From: Antedon mediterranea | Taxonomy: Eukaryota > Animalia > Echinodermata | Direction of reading: 5' to 3' | Length of the DNA stretch: 64,000 nucleotides | NCBI RefSeq assembly: GCF_964355755.1 | Contig: NC_092674.1 | Span: 29,450,001 to 29,514,000 of the forward strand | In this document: positions 26,401 to 37,453 of the stretch, in pieces | Numbering within the stretch: the first letter of the stretch is position 1 | Layout: the number at the start of each line of letters is the position of its first letter | Position numbers and translations under genes: made by a program | The notes under the pieces: model-generated | What the model saw: only the letters and a program-made list of their open reading frames with translations | The model's database searches: none | What the model was told of the DNA's origin: nothing

Positions 26401-29400
26401 ATAAAGAATGAACCAATGACGCCACCACCTTCTGAATACAGTTCACCTTCACGTAGCCCTAGTAGTAGCAGTAGTGGAGTTGGCAGTCCAGGCCCATACG
26501 CCATGGAGGATGATAGCCTCTCGGACACCGTTCCAAGCCCTCGTGGAATGCTTGATAGAACTAGGATGGGCTTGTGCATTTTCTTGTTTGCTGTCCTAGC
26601 TTTCAATCCATTTGGATCTCTTATTACCAATCAGAATTCTCCAAGCGATGATTACGGAACAGGAAGAACATTATTGGGAGTAGACGTTGAAGGTATATTT
26701 TAATGTTTATTGGACTATAAAGCTCTGTTTACACTTTAAAACTAATTTGACAAAAAAAATGTGATGTGCCCAAATATGGTAGTAATATGACATCATCGTG
26801 TCCATATATGGGCACACAATAAACCACATAATATGGCTTACAATAACCTGTCTATATTTCTCTTGTAGCTGAGCAAAGTTGGTATGATTGGATGTTCCCC
26901 TCAATGTTAATATGGGGTATCAACAGCATTGTTGCCCTATTTGTGCTGGCTAGAATCTTGATCTACGGTGAACCAGTCACTCACACCAACTCAAAAGAGG
27001 CTGTTAGCTTCTGGAGGCACAAGAAACAGGCTGACCTGGATCTGGCAAGAGTAAGCAAATTTATATTTACTTTACTAACAATGGTTCATATGCATATTTT
27101 GTTGTTTATTCCATAATTAACGCACTTTTGTAAGTTGTTCCTAAGTACAGATGGATACCAACAGACTAAATTATTTATTTTTTAAATTTTCCTATATTTT
27201 TTTTCTATCCTATTGCCAGTAAAATTGTATTATGTTCAATTGTATGTTTAGGGTGATTACGCATCAGCTACAAGTCAACTCCGTCTTTGTCTAGTTGCTC
27301 TTGGACGACCTCTACCAACCTCAAGAGTTGACCTTGCATCGTGTCTTGCATGGAACTGCCTTCGACACGTGCTAAACAGGTTGTGGATCGGTCGATTGTT
27401 GGTTCGAGGAAGGTTACGTGGAAACAACAAACCATCCGATGTTAAGGTGTCTGCTAAAAATGCATCTTTGATCTACCATAAGTTACATCAGTTGTATATG
27501 ACTGGTAAGCCTATGCTTCATTTTATGTGGATAGATTAATGTATTTAACTTGGTTCAAAGCTATAGAGGCATTATTGCTATACAATATGAATACTTGAAG
27601 GAAATGCAACTTTAAAATTGATTGTGAGAATGGGACAATGGGAAAATACTATGCCTACTATTATTTATTTATTTGAATGTTACTATGATGTGTGATGTAA
27701 ATATTTGAGTGATCTAACGAAAATGTCTTCACTTTATGTTCATCTCATTGCCTACCCTAAGCTTTCTTTAAATTTCATTTTTATTATTACTTTTTCAGGC
27801 AAATCTTCTGACGGCCTTGTACATGCTGTGAACATGGCTTTAAGCGCAATGAACTTGGCCGAAGTAGCTGGAGATGTAATTAGTAAGGACACCTTAGCTG
27901 AAATATATGTCACAACTGCTGTACATATTAAAACACATGTCCATAGACGACTTCATATCTTTTCAGTAAGTACAAACTTTACTATGAATGGGGAAAAGAG
28001 TTAAATTGAGGTTACTCTTGTTCACCGTATGTGTAGTTCCACTTGAATAGGGAATGAAGATGTATTATTTTGTGTGTATAATTTATAAACTTTTTAAAAA
28101 ATTGTCATACATATTAATATATCAATGACATCTTTCAACAGAGATATTTTCTAAGTCGGGCAAGACATGCATGTGCTGGTCAAGAGGGTGCTATTCCTCC
28201 TTCGTTACAGTGGCTATTTCATCCTGCTGGGCATAGCTTCTTTGTTAGTGGCAACTGGAATTGTGAAACTATTGTTGAGAGTATGTTTACAACTACAGGA
28301 AATTGTGGTATGTTGAAAAGTTCTTTTAAGCTCTCAAACTGCCCATATGAATATGTGTCCTTTAAATATTTATAATTTTGTTATGTAATAGTTATGCTGG
28401 CGGATATAATAATCTCTATCTAGTCTCAAGTTTGTACCTAGTCTGTTGAAATATTTTTTTTCCTCTTTTTTAATTTTAGCGGATCCCCTGTCGCATATTA
28501 GTAGAGCGTTCCGTGAAAACTTGCTTGACAAAGCACTGTACACCCTTGTAGCACCAACACAAAAACAAACCAATAGAAACACAGCAGTAACGTCTAATAC
28601 AGATGGGTAAGTTGATTGATTTGATATGACCTAAGATTAGAATGTTTGGACACTAGTTTGAAAAAAATGTGATGAATATGGTAGTGATATAACATCATAG
28701 TTTGATAGTGTGGACAGAGCTTAAAACGCATTGTGATTATTTTCAACAGAATTGCACAGAACCAGTGTTCAGATGTCTGTCAATACCTACAGCTTCTTAG
28801 TGAGTGTTCAGACACAGCTGGGCCACCTCAGCAGGCATCCTTCGCCATTGGATCAAACATGTCTGCAGCCACAGGTATGTTATCTTTTGAAGAAAATATA
28901 CTTTATCCGGTTTTTAAATACCATCTGATAGTATTGTATTTGTAGACAATTTGCTAATTTATTTTCTTTATTAGGCTCAGATCCAGTCTCCAAGTGGTGG
29001 TGTAACATTATTCTTGTAGCGACACATTGGCTGCAGGGTGATGATACGGCTGCAGAGAGGCTGTATTCTAGTATTGAGACACTCCCAATACAATTACAAA
29101 ATAAAGAGTAAGTTGAAGAAATGATTGAAAACAAAATGGAAAAGTAATGATGTTGTTAATGTTTTATAGAAAATCACTTTTTAAATAATTTTTACAGGGA
29201 TCCATTACCAAATAGTCCGATTTTTTTTATGGAAATTTATTTTTGCTTCGTAATTTTTACAGGGATCCATTACCAATAGTAGTTCAATTGGCTTTCAAAG
29301 CAAGACGCATTTTCTTGTCCGATTCCAAGAAGGACCAGTTTAATGAAGAGTGTGTTAGATTATGCAATAAATCAAGTAAATACTTACAGAAAAGCCTCAG

Positions 29401-30688
29401 CTTAGCAGACCAACCAAATCAAAGTATTACACAGGTAAATAACATTGTTTATATCGTAAAGAAGATATAAAAATATGACCACACCTACAATTAAGCTGTT
29501 TGGTGCAATGTAGCCACGGCCATAATATGAGCTGTTCCTTTATTCCAGCAAGTCATGTCAATCTCTTTGGTGCATTGTAGTTGCATTGCATGTTATTGTT
29601 ACTATGCAGTGCTCCAACATTGCAACATAGAGTTTGACTCCACATCAGACTTCATCATCAGCGTCATTCAGTTCACCGAGTTCATCCTCCGCACCGTCAT
29701 CTGCATTTATTAAGTCATTAATTGCATTGAAAGACTAAAGCTCTTTCAAAATCTGCCCAAATATGGTGGTGATATGCCTAAACTTTTGTAGTGATATGCC
29801 TAAATATGGTACGGATATGCCTAAATACGGTAGTGATATGCCTAAATATGGTAGTGATATGAAATCATGTCCATATATAGGCACAGTACATTTTTTGTCG
29901 CATAAAGTTTGATAGTGTAGACAGAACTTAATAATTTAATTTATTTTTGTAGGCAATTCAATTGCTGGTTTGTGATTGGTTGTTATCAACAAGAACAGCT
30001 GTGTGGCAAAAACAAACAGGTAACCAAGGTACCATCAGTTCCACCATTGAGCTGTCAGCCTTCCAGCAAGACCTGGCTAGTCTCAGGAAACTTGCCAATG
30101 TTTTCAAACCAGCTATGGGTAGCGTGTCGAGGCACGAGGCAACGGCACGTTTGATGGCAGGGGCAAATCCAAAACGTACGCAGCAGCTGTTGGATAGAAG
30201 CCTGCGACGGAGAGTCATAAACAGTGCTAATAATGCCATTAAAGGTACAGTACAAATTTGATTTTTTCTTTCATACCCACTGGAATAAGTACCATTAGTT
30301 TGATGTGTGCTTTTGTTCCTATCCCTACAAAAACATTTTTAGACTTAAACCTCAAAATAATTAATGTGATACATGATTTTTTGTTAAATTTGTTGAGAAA
30401 AGTTATCAATATTAATAAGAGCTATATTTCTTAATTTTAGATGATGACATCAAAGTTAGTGACCATAACCGAGGTGCGGCATTAATGATGGCGTGTAAAC
30501 ACCTTCCATCGCAGCTTCTCTCGTCTCCTGGCCAGCGAGAGCGTATGCTCACGGAGGCAGTACAGTCTTTTGAACGAGTAGGTGATCGTAGAAGCGTGCA
30601 AGATTGTCAACAGATGTTAATTTCATTAGAACGAACGAAACCAGTTTGCGTTACAACTTGTCAATCCACCCCGATTCCGTGTTGCTAA
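23492..30688 (+). CDS. SREBP: Sterol regulatory element-binding protein (SREBP), complete, 15 coding exons
   Basis: Exons 23492-23603, 24099-24691, 24805-25068, 25983-26103, 26378-26692, 26869-27050, 27252-27504, 27799-27965, 28142-28307, 28480-28606, 28750-28874, 28975-29107, 29263-29434, 29953-30244, 30441-30688. bHLH-Zip [24 protein letters not shown] carries the SREBP-diagnostic Tyr. Also TPPPS phosphodegron, DRTR plus TM1 with NP (S2P), RTLL (S1P RxxL site), [16 protein letters not shown] and [27 protein letters not shown]. Confidence 0.97.
26720..26817. mobile_element. MITE family A, truncated
   Basis: Left TIR and core only. Confidence 0.7.
28640..28721. mobile_element. MITE family A, internally deleted
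   Basis: Right TIR AGTTTGATAGTGTGGACAGAGCT|TAA plus core fragments. Confidence 0.65.
29557..29638 (+). ncRNA. mir-33: miR-33 precursor hairpin in SREBP intron 13; mature 5p at 29570-29590
   Basis: GTGCATTGTAGTTGCATTGCA matches mature miR-33(a)-5p as I recall it. It pairs with the downstream arm TGCAGTGCTCCAACATTGCAAC, and the flanks GTCAATCTCT/AGAGTTTGAC extend the stem. It lies sense within a late SREBP intron, the known location of miR-33. Confidence 0.96.
29739..29928. mobile_element. MITE family A with expanded internal 21-bp repeat
   Basis: About 5 copies of CCTAAATATGGTAGTGATATG, then core and right TIR; about 100 nt 3' of miR-33. Confidence 0.75.
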
Positions 30689-30721
30689 CAATCTTATACC
30701 TCTCTCAAAAAAAAAAAAAAG

Positions 30722-30833
30722 AATTACAGTACCTTCATTTTATAATTTATTGAATCGTACACCACTTATTAAAAAAAATAATTACTGTTCCTTCATTTTA
30801 TAATTTATTGAATCATACACCACTTATTTAAAA
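30722..30833. repeat. 59-bp tandem duplication at the start of the SREBP 3' UTR
   Basis: AATTAC..T.CCTTCATTTTATAATTTATTGAATC.TACACCACTTATT at 30722 and 30781. Confidence 0.8.
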
Positions 30834-31114
30834 GTACTACTGTATACTGTAACATTTTGTGAAATATATTTGTTGCCCATGTACATTCCAATTAAGAGGT
30901 TGACAAAATTTTTTTACTAAACTTATGATTAGATCAGATGTTTTTAAATTAGCATAACGATATGCCTTTATTAGGCACTTCACAGGGTTGTTTACTCATT
31001 TAAGTGTTGTGAACTGGCAAGAAAAGAGTGATTGTTGAACCTCTATTAAGGGACACCTTTAAGACCACACACGTGTCCCCTGAATAGCAAGGGGGGGGGG
31101 GGGATGGTCCTGTG

Positions 31115-31254
31115 GCCGTATTCATCATTCGCACTTGGGCTAAGGGAAACACCCTTAGAATTGAACAAATCTCCTATCTAAGTGAATATTATTGAGTTAA
31201 GCGAAATACTTAATATTTAAGGGAAATAACTGAAGTGTGATTGGTGAATACAGG
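31115..31254. mobile_element. Small TIR element 3' of the SREBP stop codon
   Basis: Imperfect inverted repeat CCGTATTCATCATTCGCACTT / AAGTGTGATTGGTGAATACAGG. Confidence 0.5.
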
Positions 31255-31767
31255 AGACACTGGACTGGAGATCAAATAATGAATAGCTTTGTATATTGCG
31301 TATATGACAACTATATTTAGCAGCTTTGTACAGTTATTTCCGTTCCATTGGAGAATATGATCAAATCCGACCTGTACAGTTAACAAACGAAGTCCTATGT
31401 AGTTAATCGCATTGAAGAATGGAATGAAATGATCTAATATGCTTTAGAGTACAAGCTCTTAGCCAATCAAAATAGTTTACAAATGTTTGTTTTTTAGTTT
31501 AGTTACAAGTTTCTGACTACAAAAATACTCTAGTAGTAGTATAGTACACCTTTATTTGCTTTAAAAGTTAAAAAAAAAAAATATGTAGGTTTATAAACTT
31601 AAAACCTACTTTACAAATGTTTACCTTGTTTCTGCAATAGATGGATGGAAGTTTTCATTTTATTTGTTTACATCATATTTCAAACTTGTAGGACAAAGTA
31701 TGAAGTGTAATTCATTATAACTCTGATATCTCTCATACCAAATGAGTTGAAAACTCTATGAATGTAA

Positions 31768-31893
31768 AGCTCTGTTTACACTATAAAATAGTGTGATGTT
31801 TGCCCAAATATAATAGTAATATGATTTCATCATTTCCATATATACTGTATATCATTTAATAAAGTCTCCTGATAGTGTATGGTAGACAGAGCT
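31768..31893. mobile_element. MITE family A (probably within the SREBP 3' UTR)
   Basis: TAA|AGCTCTGTTTACAC...AGACAGAGCT|TTA. Confidence 0.7.
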
Positions 31894-32480
31894 TTAGGCA
31901 TAGTACATATGAGCTTTAATAATATAATTTTACTTGCAAGAAATCATTTTATTTTATTTTGCTGATTTAAGGAAATAAGAATTTGACAAATGATAAAGTT
32001 TGTTTTGATTGTTACTTGCATGCTATTATGTAACTACTGTAACTAACAATGACGAGTTTGTTTCACACTGATATGTTATCCTGAATTTAAATTAAGAAGA
32101 ACGACATTCCTACAAAGTGATTGTAAATATTTTTCATAGAGTATAATAAAAGACAGTATGGATGCTGTGCTGTTTATGATAAACTGGATTTCTGTTGTTA
32201 TTTTATACATTGTAAGTACGTGGAGATAATGTAGGTGGCAGTAAACATAGGGAGGAATTGAAACTTTTTTTAAAGAACGTTGGAAATTACTGTACTTTTA
32301 TATGCAGTTTAGCATACATTTTTAAAAGTGCAAACAAACATGTGATGATGATATATAGAATGATGCATTTTCACATTTGGGATCTTTAATCATTACACCG
32401 TCGGCAGGTGGTTTAATAAACAACTTCTTTATCTTACCAAATCAAAAAGTACAGTAACTTTTCGAAAATTGCTCTTCTTT

Positions 32481-32518
32481 ATCACGTGATACTATTTTGA
32501 TTTGTCACGTGATATTGG
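32481..32518 (+). promoter_or_regulatory. COMMD8 promoter: tandem extended E-boxes plus inverted CCAAT
   Basis: ATCACGTGAT 32481-32490, GTCACGTGAT 32504-32513 and ATTGG 32514-32518, immediately before ATG 32526. Confidence 0.6.
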
Positions 32519-32525
32519 ACGAAAC

Positions 32526-34781
32526 ATGGCTTCGGAAGTAGCAAAAGAAGATTTAAATTTGCTTTCCAAATGTCCGAAAGATAGGATCGAAGCGGTACAA
32601 TAAGCGTACTCTTTATAATAGGCTATTATTTAATTGTCCTCTGTAAATATTGATAATAGATATGAACGCATTATACGTTTATTTGCATGCATTTTCTTCT
32701 AGGCCAGGTTGTCGGGCTTGTCGCCTCACCAAGAAATGATCTGAGCGCCCCAGATAAATCAATGACAACTGCGTACATCTAGTTGTATATACAGGCCTAG
32801 GCTTTTTGTCAATGGGCTCTTTAACTTTAGCAACACGAACTATCAATAGAACATAATTACATGATAGGATCTATAAATTTCAAAACCATAAAACAGGGCC
32901 CTGTTTATTTGTAATGGAATTTTGAATTAAATCAATGCAGCCCACAGTCTTTCTTATCAAAAAAGAAAGGCCTACTAAGAAATGTGAAAATGTATTATTA
33001 TTTTTCAGTTCTGTCATGGGTTGATTGATGGATTTATAGGTAGAAGCAAACTAAGGTATAAAGACTATGGTGAATTATGGACAATGGAGGAATGGTTCAA
33101 AGTAGTTGATGCTTGCCAACGCTGTGTCAAAAGGATGTCTCGCAAACAGTTAACAAAAGAAGAGGTATTCAGGATTCTGTAATTGCATGCTATAGGACCA
33201 TTTGTTTAGTGAATCGATTCACTATCCTTCTTAAAGGTGGTGGCAATCCTGTTCACAAGACAAAACGTATACACAAGATGCTCTACATAAACAAAGTCTT
33301 ATTACAAGTCTTTGGGAGTGGAGTTGTAATTTGTCATTAGAAAAAAATCCTGAAATATGACAGGACTTGAACCCAGGACCCTTGGATTGGTTGCCAAGTC
33401 TTATAACCACCAAGACACAACTCTACTATTTGATGTACTACAACAAATCTTTACTGGAAAAATGCACAATTTAAAAGGAAAAAGAGTGCATTTAAACGGG
33501 TCTTAATTAAAAATGGAGATAAACAATTTCAGTAGTAAATATACTGTATGTGACCATGACATCACAGACCTCTGCTTTTATACTAGATTTTATATTTATT
33601 AGTATTGTGTATTGTGATTCAATTTCAACATACTTATTATCTTTTTATATCCTTTTGTATCTTTTGTTTCCATAGATTTCTCAACTTTTTGATGGAGTTT
33701 CGGATGAATACATCCAGCCTTTTGTAAGTTGTGTCAATGTAAGGTCGGAGGATCTACGGAAACATCTGCTGGAGGAAGTCGCTTCAATATCACATTCACA
33801 TCTTCAAGATTTTGATTGGAAGTTAAAAGTTAGTTAAAATAAAGATTTATAAACCTTGTATTATTCAATACTAAATCAACATATGTTAATTTTTAGACCT
33901 GTCTTAGTCTTAGTCCTGTCTGACACAGGAAGTTCAAAAGCACCAAATTGGTGTAGATTTGATGTTATAATTTATTATTGTTTACAGCTAGCTTTGTCAA
34001 ATGACAAAATATCATCAGTTCAAGAACCGTTGGTGACTGTAGAATTTATTACCAAATCGGGCGACGAAAGCAAATCATTCTCAGTAGAAATGAACAAAGA
34101 AGAATTAAAACAATTTGTAAGCTCAATGGAAGCAGCCAACAAGGTTTGTCACATGACCACATTGTTACCTCATCATTTGAAATTAAGTTTAAAGCCAACG
34201 AGGTTAATATCCATGACCATATGTCTTGTACCTCAAGAATGCAAATTAAAAGTTAGTTTATTATATTGTATGTTAATTGCGATAGTAAATACTCCAGGTC
34301 CATTCATTTTAGACCTGTCCTACAGTAGTTTTTTTTCTGGTAAATGTAAAATTGCATAGAGATATTATAGGGAACTATAATATATCTATGCTAAGAGACA
34401 ACCCATGCAGGATCCAGGAACTGAAGGCTATGTAACCACATCATACCAAACCGCTTCACGTTTTTTTTTGTTCTTTGTGGGCGGGTGATAAATTATGTAT
34501 TTGTGGAAAATTGTGGAATCAATGGAAACATAGCTCAAGCTCAATCATATTTTCCATAAAAATGTAACTAATAAATTGCAGTTTAATAAATTGAATTTAT
34601 TAGCATAACACAATTTAATTTTTTTAAATGTTTGACACAAACAAGCGAAATTGAAAACAGAATCACCCAACACTTTCAGTCTGAAAGAACTCCCTGCCTT
34701 GCTCTGCCTTTGTGTTGGAAACATTTTAATATTTTGTTCTTACTGCTGTTGTAGATTATGGTACAGATGAAGACAGAATGA
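32526..34781 (+). CDS. COMMD8: COMM domain-containing protein 8
   Basis: Exons 32526-32594, 33009-33164, 33676-33828, 33988-34143, 34755-34781, all phase 0. Translation HGLIDGFIGR..YKDYGELWTMEEW...LQDFDWKLKLALSNDKISSVQEPLV...SVEMNKEELKQFVSSMEAANKIMVQMK resembles human COMMD8. Confidence 0.93.
33350..33425 (-). mobile_element. Degenerate tRNA-like SINE head
   Basis: Minus strand reads TGGTGGTTATAAGAC...GGGTTCAAGTCC. Similar remnants at about 3770-3845 (-), 13955-14010 (-), 25876-25937 (+) and 59005-59080 (+). None folds as an intact tRNA. Confidence 0.45.
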
Positions 34782-35288
34782 CTTTTTATTGTAAATAACG
34801 CAAATATAGAAAACTTATTATTAACCTAGACCAATGGATTGCTCCGGAATTGAATCCTGGTTGAAACAATTTGACAAGGACACTTTATACACAAATACAG
34901 TACAAGAGAGAAGTTTTAATGAGGTTAGCAGAAACTAACTAAACACTACCACAATTACCATACATGGGTTTTCTTTGTAGAAAGAGCATTGTTAAAACTT
35001 TCCTTAAATGAATATGTTTTTATGTATCAAAGTTAAATGATCGAACCAACATACCATATAGTTTATTTTATATTTAGAAATTATGTATTAAATAAAACTG
35101 AAAAAAAAACTAACTTCATACTTTAAAAATGAGCTAAAAAGTGATGTTTTAGAACAAAAAAAGTTAACACTTACTAGATATTGTGTAGTTAATATAGATA
35201 TAATCAATTACCTAAGTTACATGTCCAATATCCAAAAATAAATAATTTTTTATAAATATAATAATCTTATTATAAACTACTACGGTAA

Positions 35289-35403
35289 AGCCCTGTCTAC
35301 ACTATCAAACTTTATGTGCCCATATATGGGCGTGTTGATGTCATATCACTACCATATTTGGACACTTTTTTTGTCAAAGTAGTTTGATAGTGTAGACAGA
35401 CCT
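35289..35403. mobile_element. MITE family A with TAA TSD
   Basis: TAA|AGCCCTGTCTACACTATCAAACT...GTGTAGACAGACCT|TAA. Confidence 0.8.
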
Positions 35404-35857
35404 TAAGTTGTAAGCCATGGAAATGTATATAAATCAAATCAGCAAAATACAACTCAAAAGGATTTTCACATTATCAAGGTTGAATATTTTAAAATTGACT
35501 TTAAAAAGTCTATTTCCATAAAATGTATTCCTTTAAATATTTTGGGGTTAGCCATGGGACAGATATAGATGGATTTCCAGTTGTTAACCTGTTAACAAAT
35601 CATTCAAAATTTAAGATTTTACCAAAATAGATTAAATTTAGTGCCCCTTGGGGAGCAGTTTTATTGGAAACAATTTTTATATTCTGAGCAAATTTACAGT
35701 GGAGCATGGCATTCACGTATTTGCAGGGAAGAATGAAATTACCTCTTTTTTTTCCTGGTATTTGTAGTTTTTGACATTTTGCAGTACCGTAAATGTTTTA
35801 TTAAAAATTTAAGCTTATTAAACTGATAATATAATATAAATATATGGTTTCCCATAT

Positions 35858-36170
35858 AGCACTGTGGCACAGTGGTTAGAGCATTGGACTTGCAATCAAG
35901 AGGTTGTCGGTTCAAGCCCGGCCCGGTCACTGCAGTGTTGAGTCCTTGTTGAGCAAGATTCTTTATCCACATTGTTCCTCCCACCCAGGTGATAGAAATG
36001 GGTACCGGTATGTAAAAAGTACTGGGAAGGTAAATCAGACTCGTTTGTGCGGGAGGAGTGGCGTACCCCCCACAAACATACACACTTAGTGGAGTCTGGC
36101 CCAAACGCTAAATAAATGGAGATAGGCACCACGGCCGTTAGCATTAGCTTAGGTTTCGACTTTGCCTTAT
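35858..36170 (+). mobile_element. tRNA-derived CORE-like SINE
   Basis: A box TGGCACAGTGGTTAGAGC, B box GGTTCAAGCCC, CORE-like GTCCTTG..GAGCAAGA...CACCCAGGTGATAGAAATGGGTACC. Its 3' tail differs from that of the 5721 copy. Confidence 0.72.
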
Positions 36171-37453
36171 GGTTTCCCCATTATATCTCTAACACTAATG
36201 GTGTGTTGCCAAAACCTGACCTATAACCGTTTTCCATTGGTTACAACCTGTAAGTATCAGTGAGTGTGAAATATATAGCAGCTCAGCGCACACAAGAAAC
36301 ACATTATTGTAGCCGTCTTCTGAAGACACATGGCCGTCATTGACGGATACTTAGTAACAGTTGACTGTTGGTGTACTAGAGATCCACGTTTATTATCATG
36401 CTATACACTTTTTTTTTTTTTAAAGATCGATATCAAAATATGTCTGCAAATTTCATGATTTATTAAAAAAACACACAAAATACATCTTTAAAAAATAAAA
36501 GAACATACAGTATAGTTCAAGAAAATAAAAATTATATTTAGAATAATAAATTAATTTGTACAGAAACGATAAAAACAAACGTGAATAAATTGTTTATAAT
36601 TAATACAATTGTTGTCATAGTTATTCATAGAACAGGAAGTATTGTCGCCCTTTGTTGCCTAAGATATTATCTAACAATCAGTCATTTCTAAAGGTTGTTC
36701 TTTTTACCAATTTAACAGTCTGTTTATGTCTTACAAAATACAATTAAAAGTTGCAGGCACTTATAAAATATGGCTTGGATATCTGATAAAAGCACAACGG
36801 AACAAGCCATGCAGAAAATAGTAAACTTATTACCAATTCCACCATAAACAATGAGTTACTTCATGAACAAACTAATCAGAAAGGTATAAATCATACTGTC
36901 AAATTATAGAAACAGTGCTCATATTCGAAACATGACCTCATATTCGCGTCGAGCATAGCTCATTGGCGAAAGATTCGTATTTTTAGTTGTATGAAAAAAT
37001 GTCTCTGACGGGATTCAGAAATCAGAAATCTAATTCTAAACTACATCCGTGGTGCCATTCTTTATTATTTTCCATTATAAAAAAAAGTGAATAACTATTA
37101 TGTGACATTAAAATGGCATATTCAACTAAAACATTCAAAAAAAATATTTTTCAGGGGTACAATACATCTTTAACAGTAAAAGAAGAATCTTCATATCTTT
37201 ACATAAATATTTTAAATGAATATTGATAAGCTTAACTGTGCATGTAAATCACAATGAGGAAGATACTGACATACAAATTGATATACGCGCGCGCGTTCTA
37301 TACGGTAACTGATGAAAGTTTACGACTTTTGTGCGCGCGTCAATCCTGCTATACCACCAGTGCGTGCGATTCAAGAGACATCCTCGTGACCACTGCATAC
37401 CATAGATGACTGTAAAATTCTAGATATCACTTTAATACACCGAATAATTTTAG

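Noticed and set aside
35739-36144. ORFs of 61-121 aa
   Set aside because: They lie across a SINE and are not genes.
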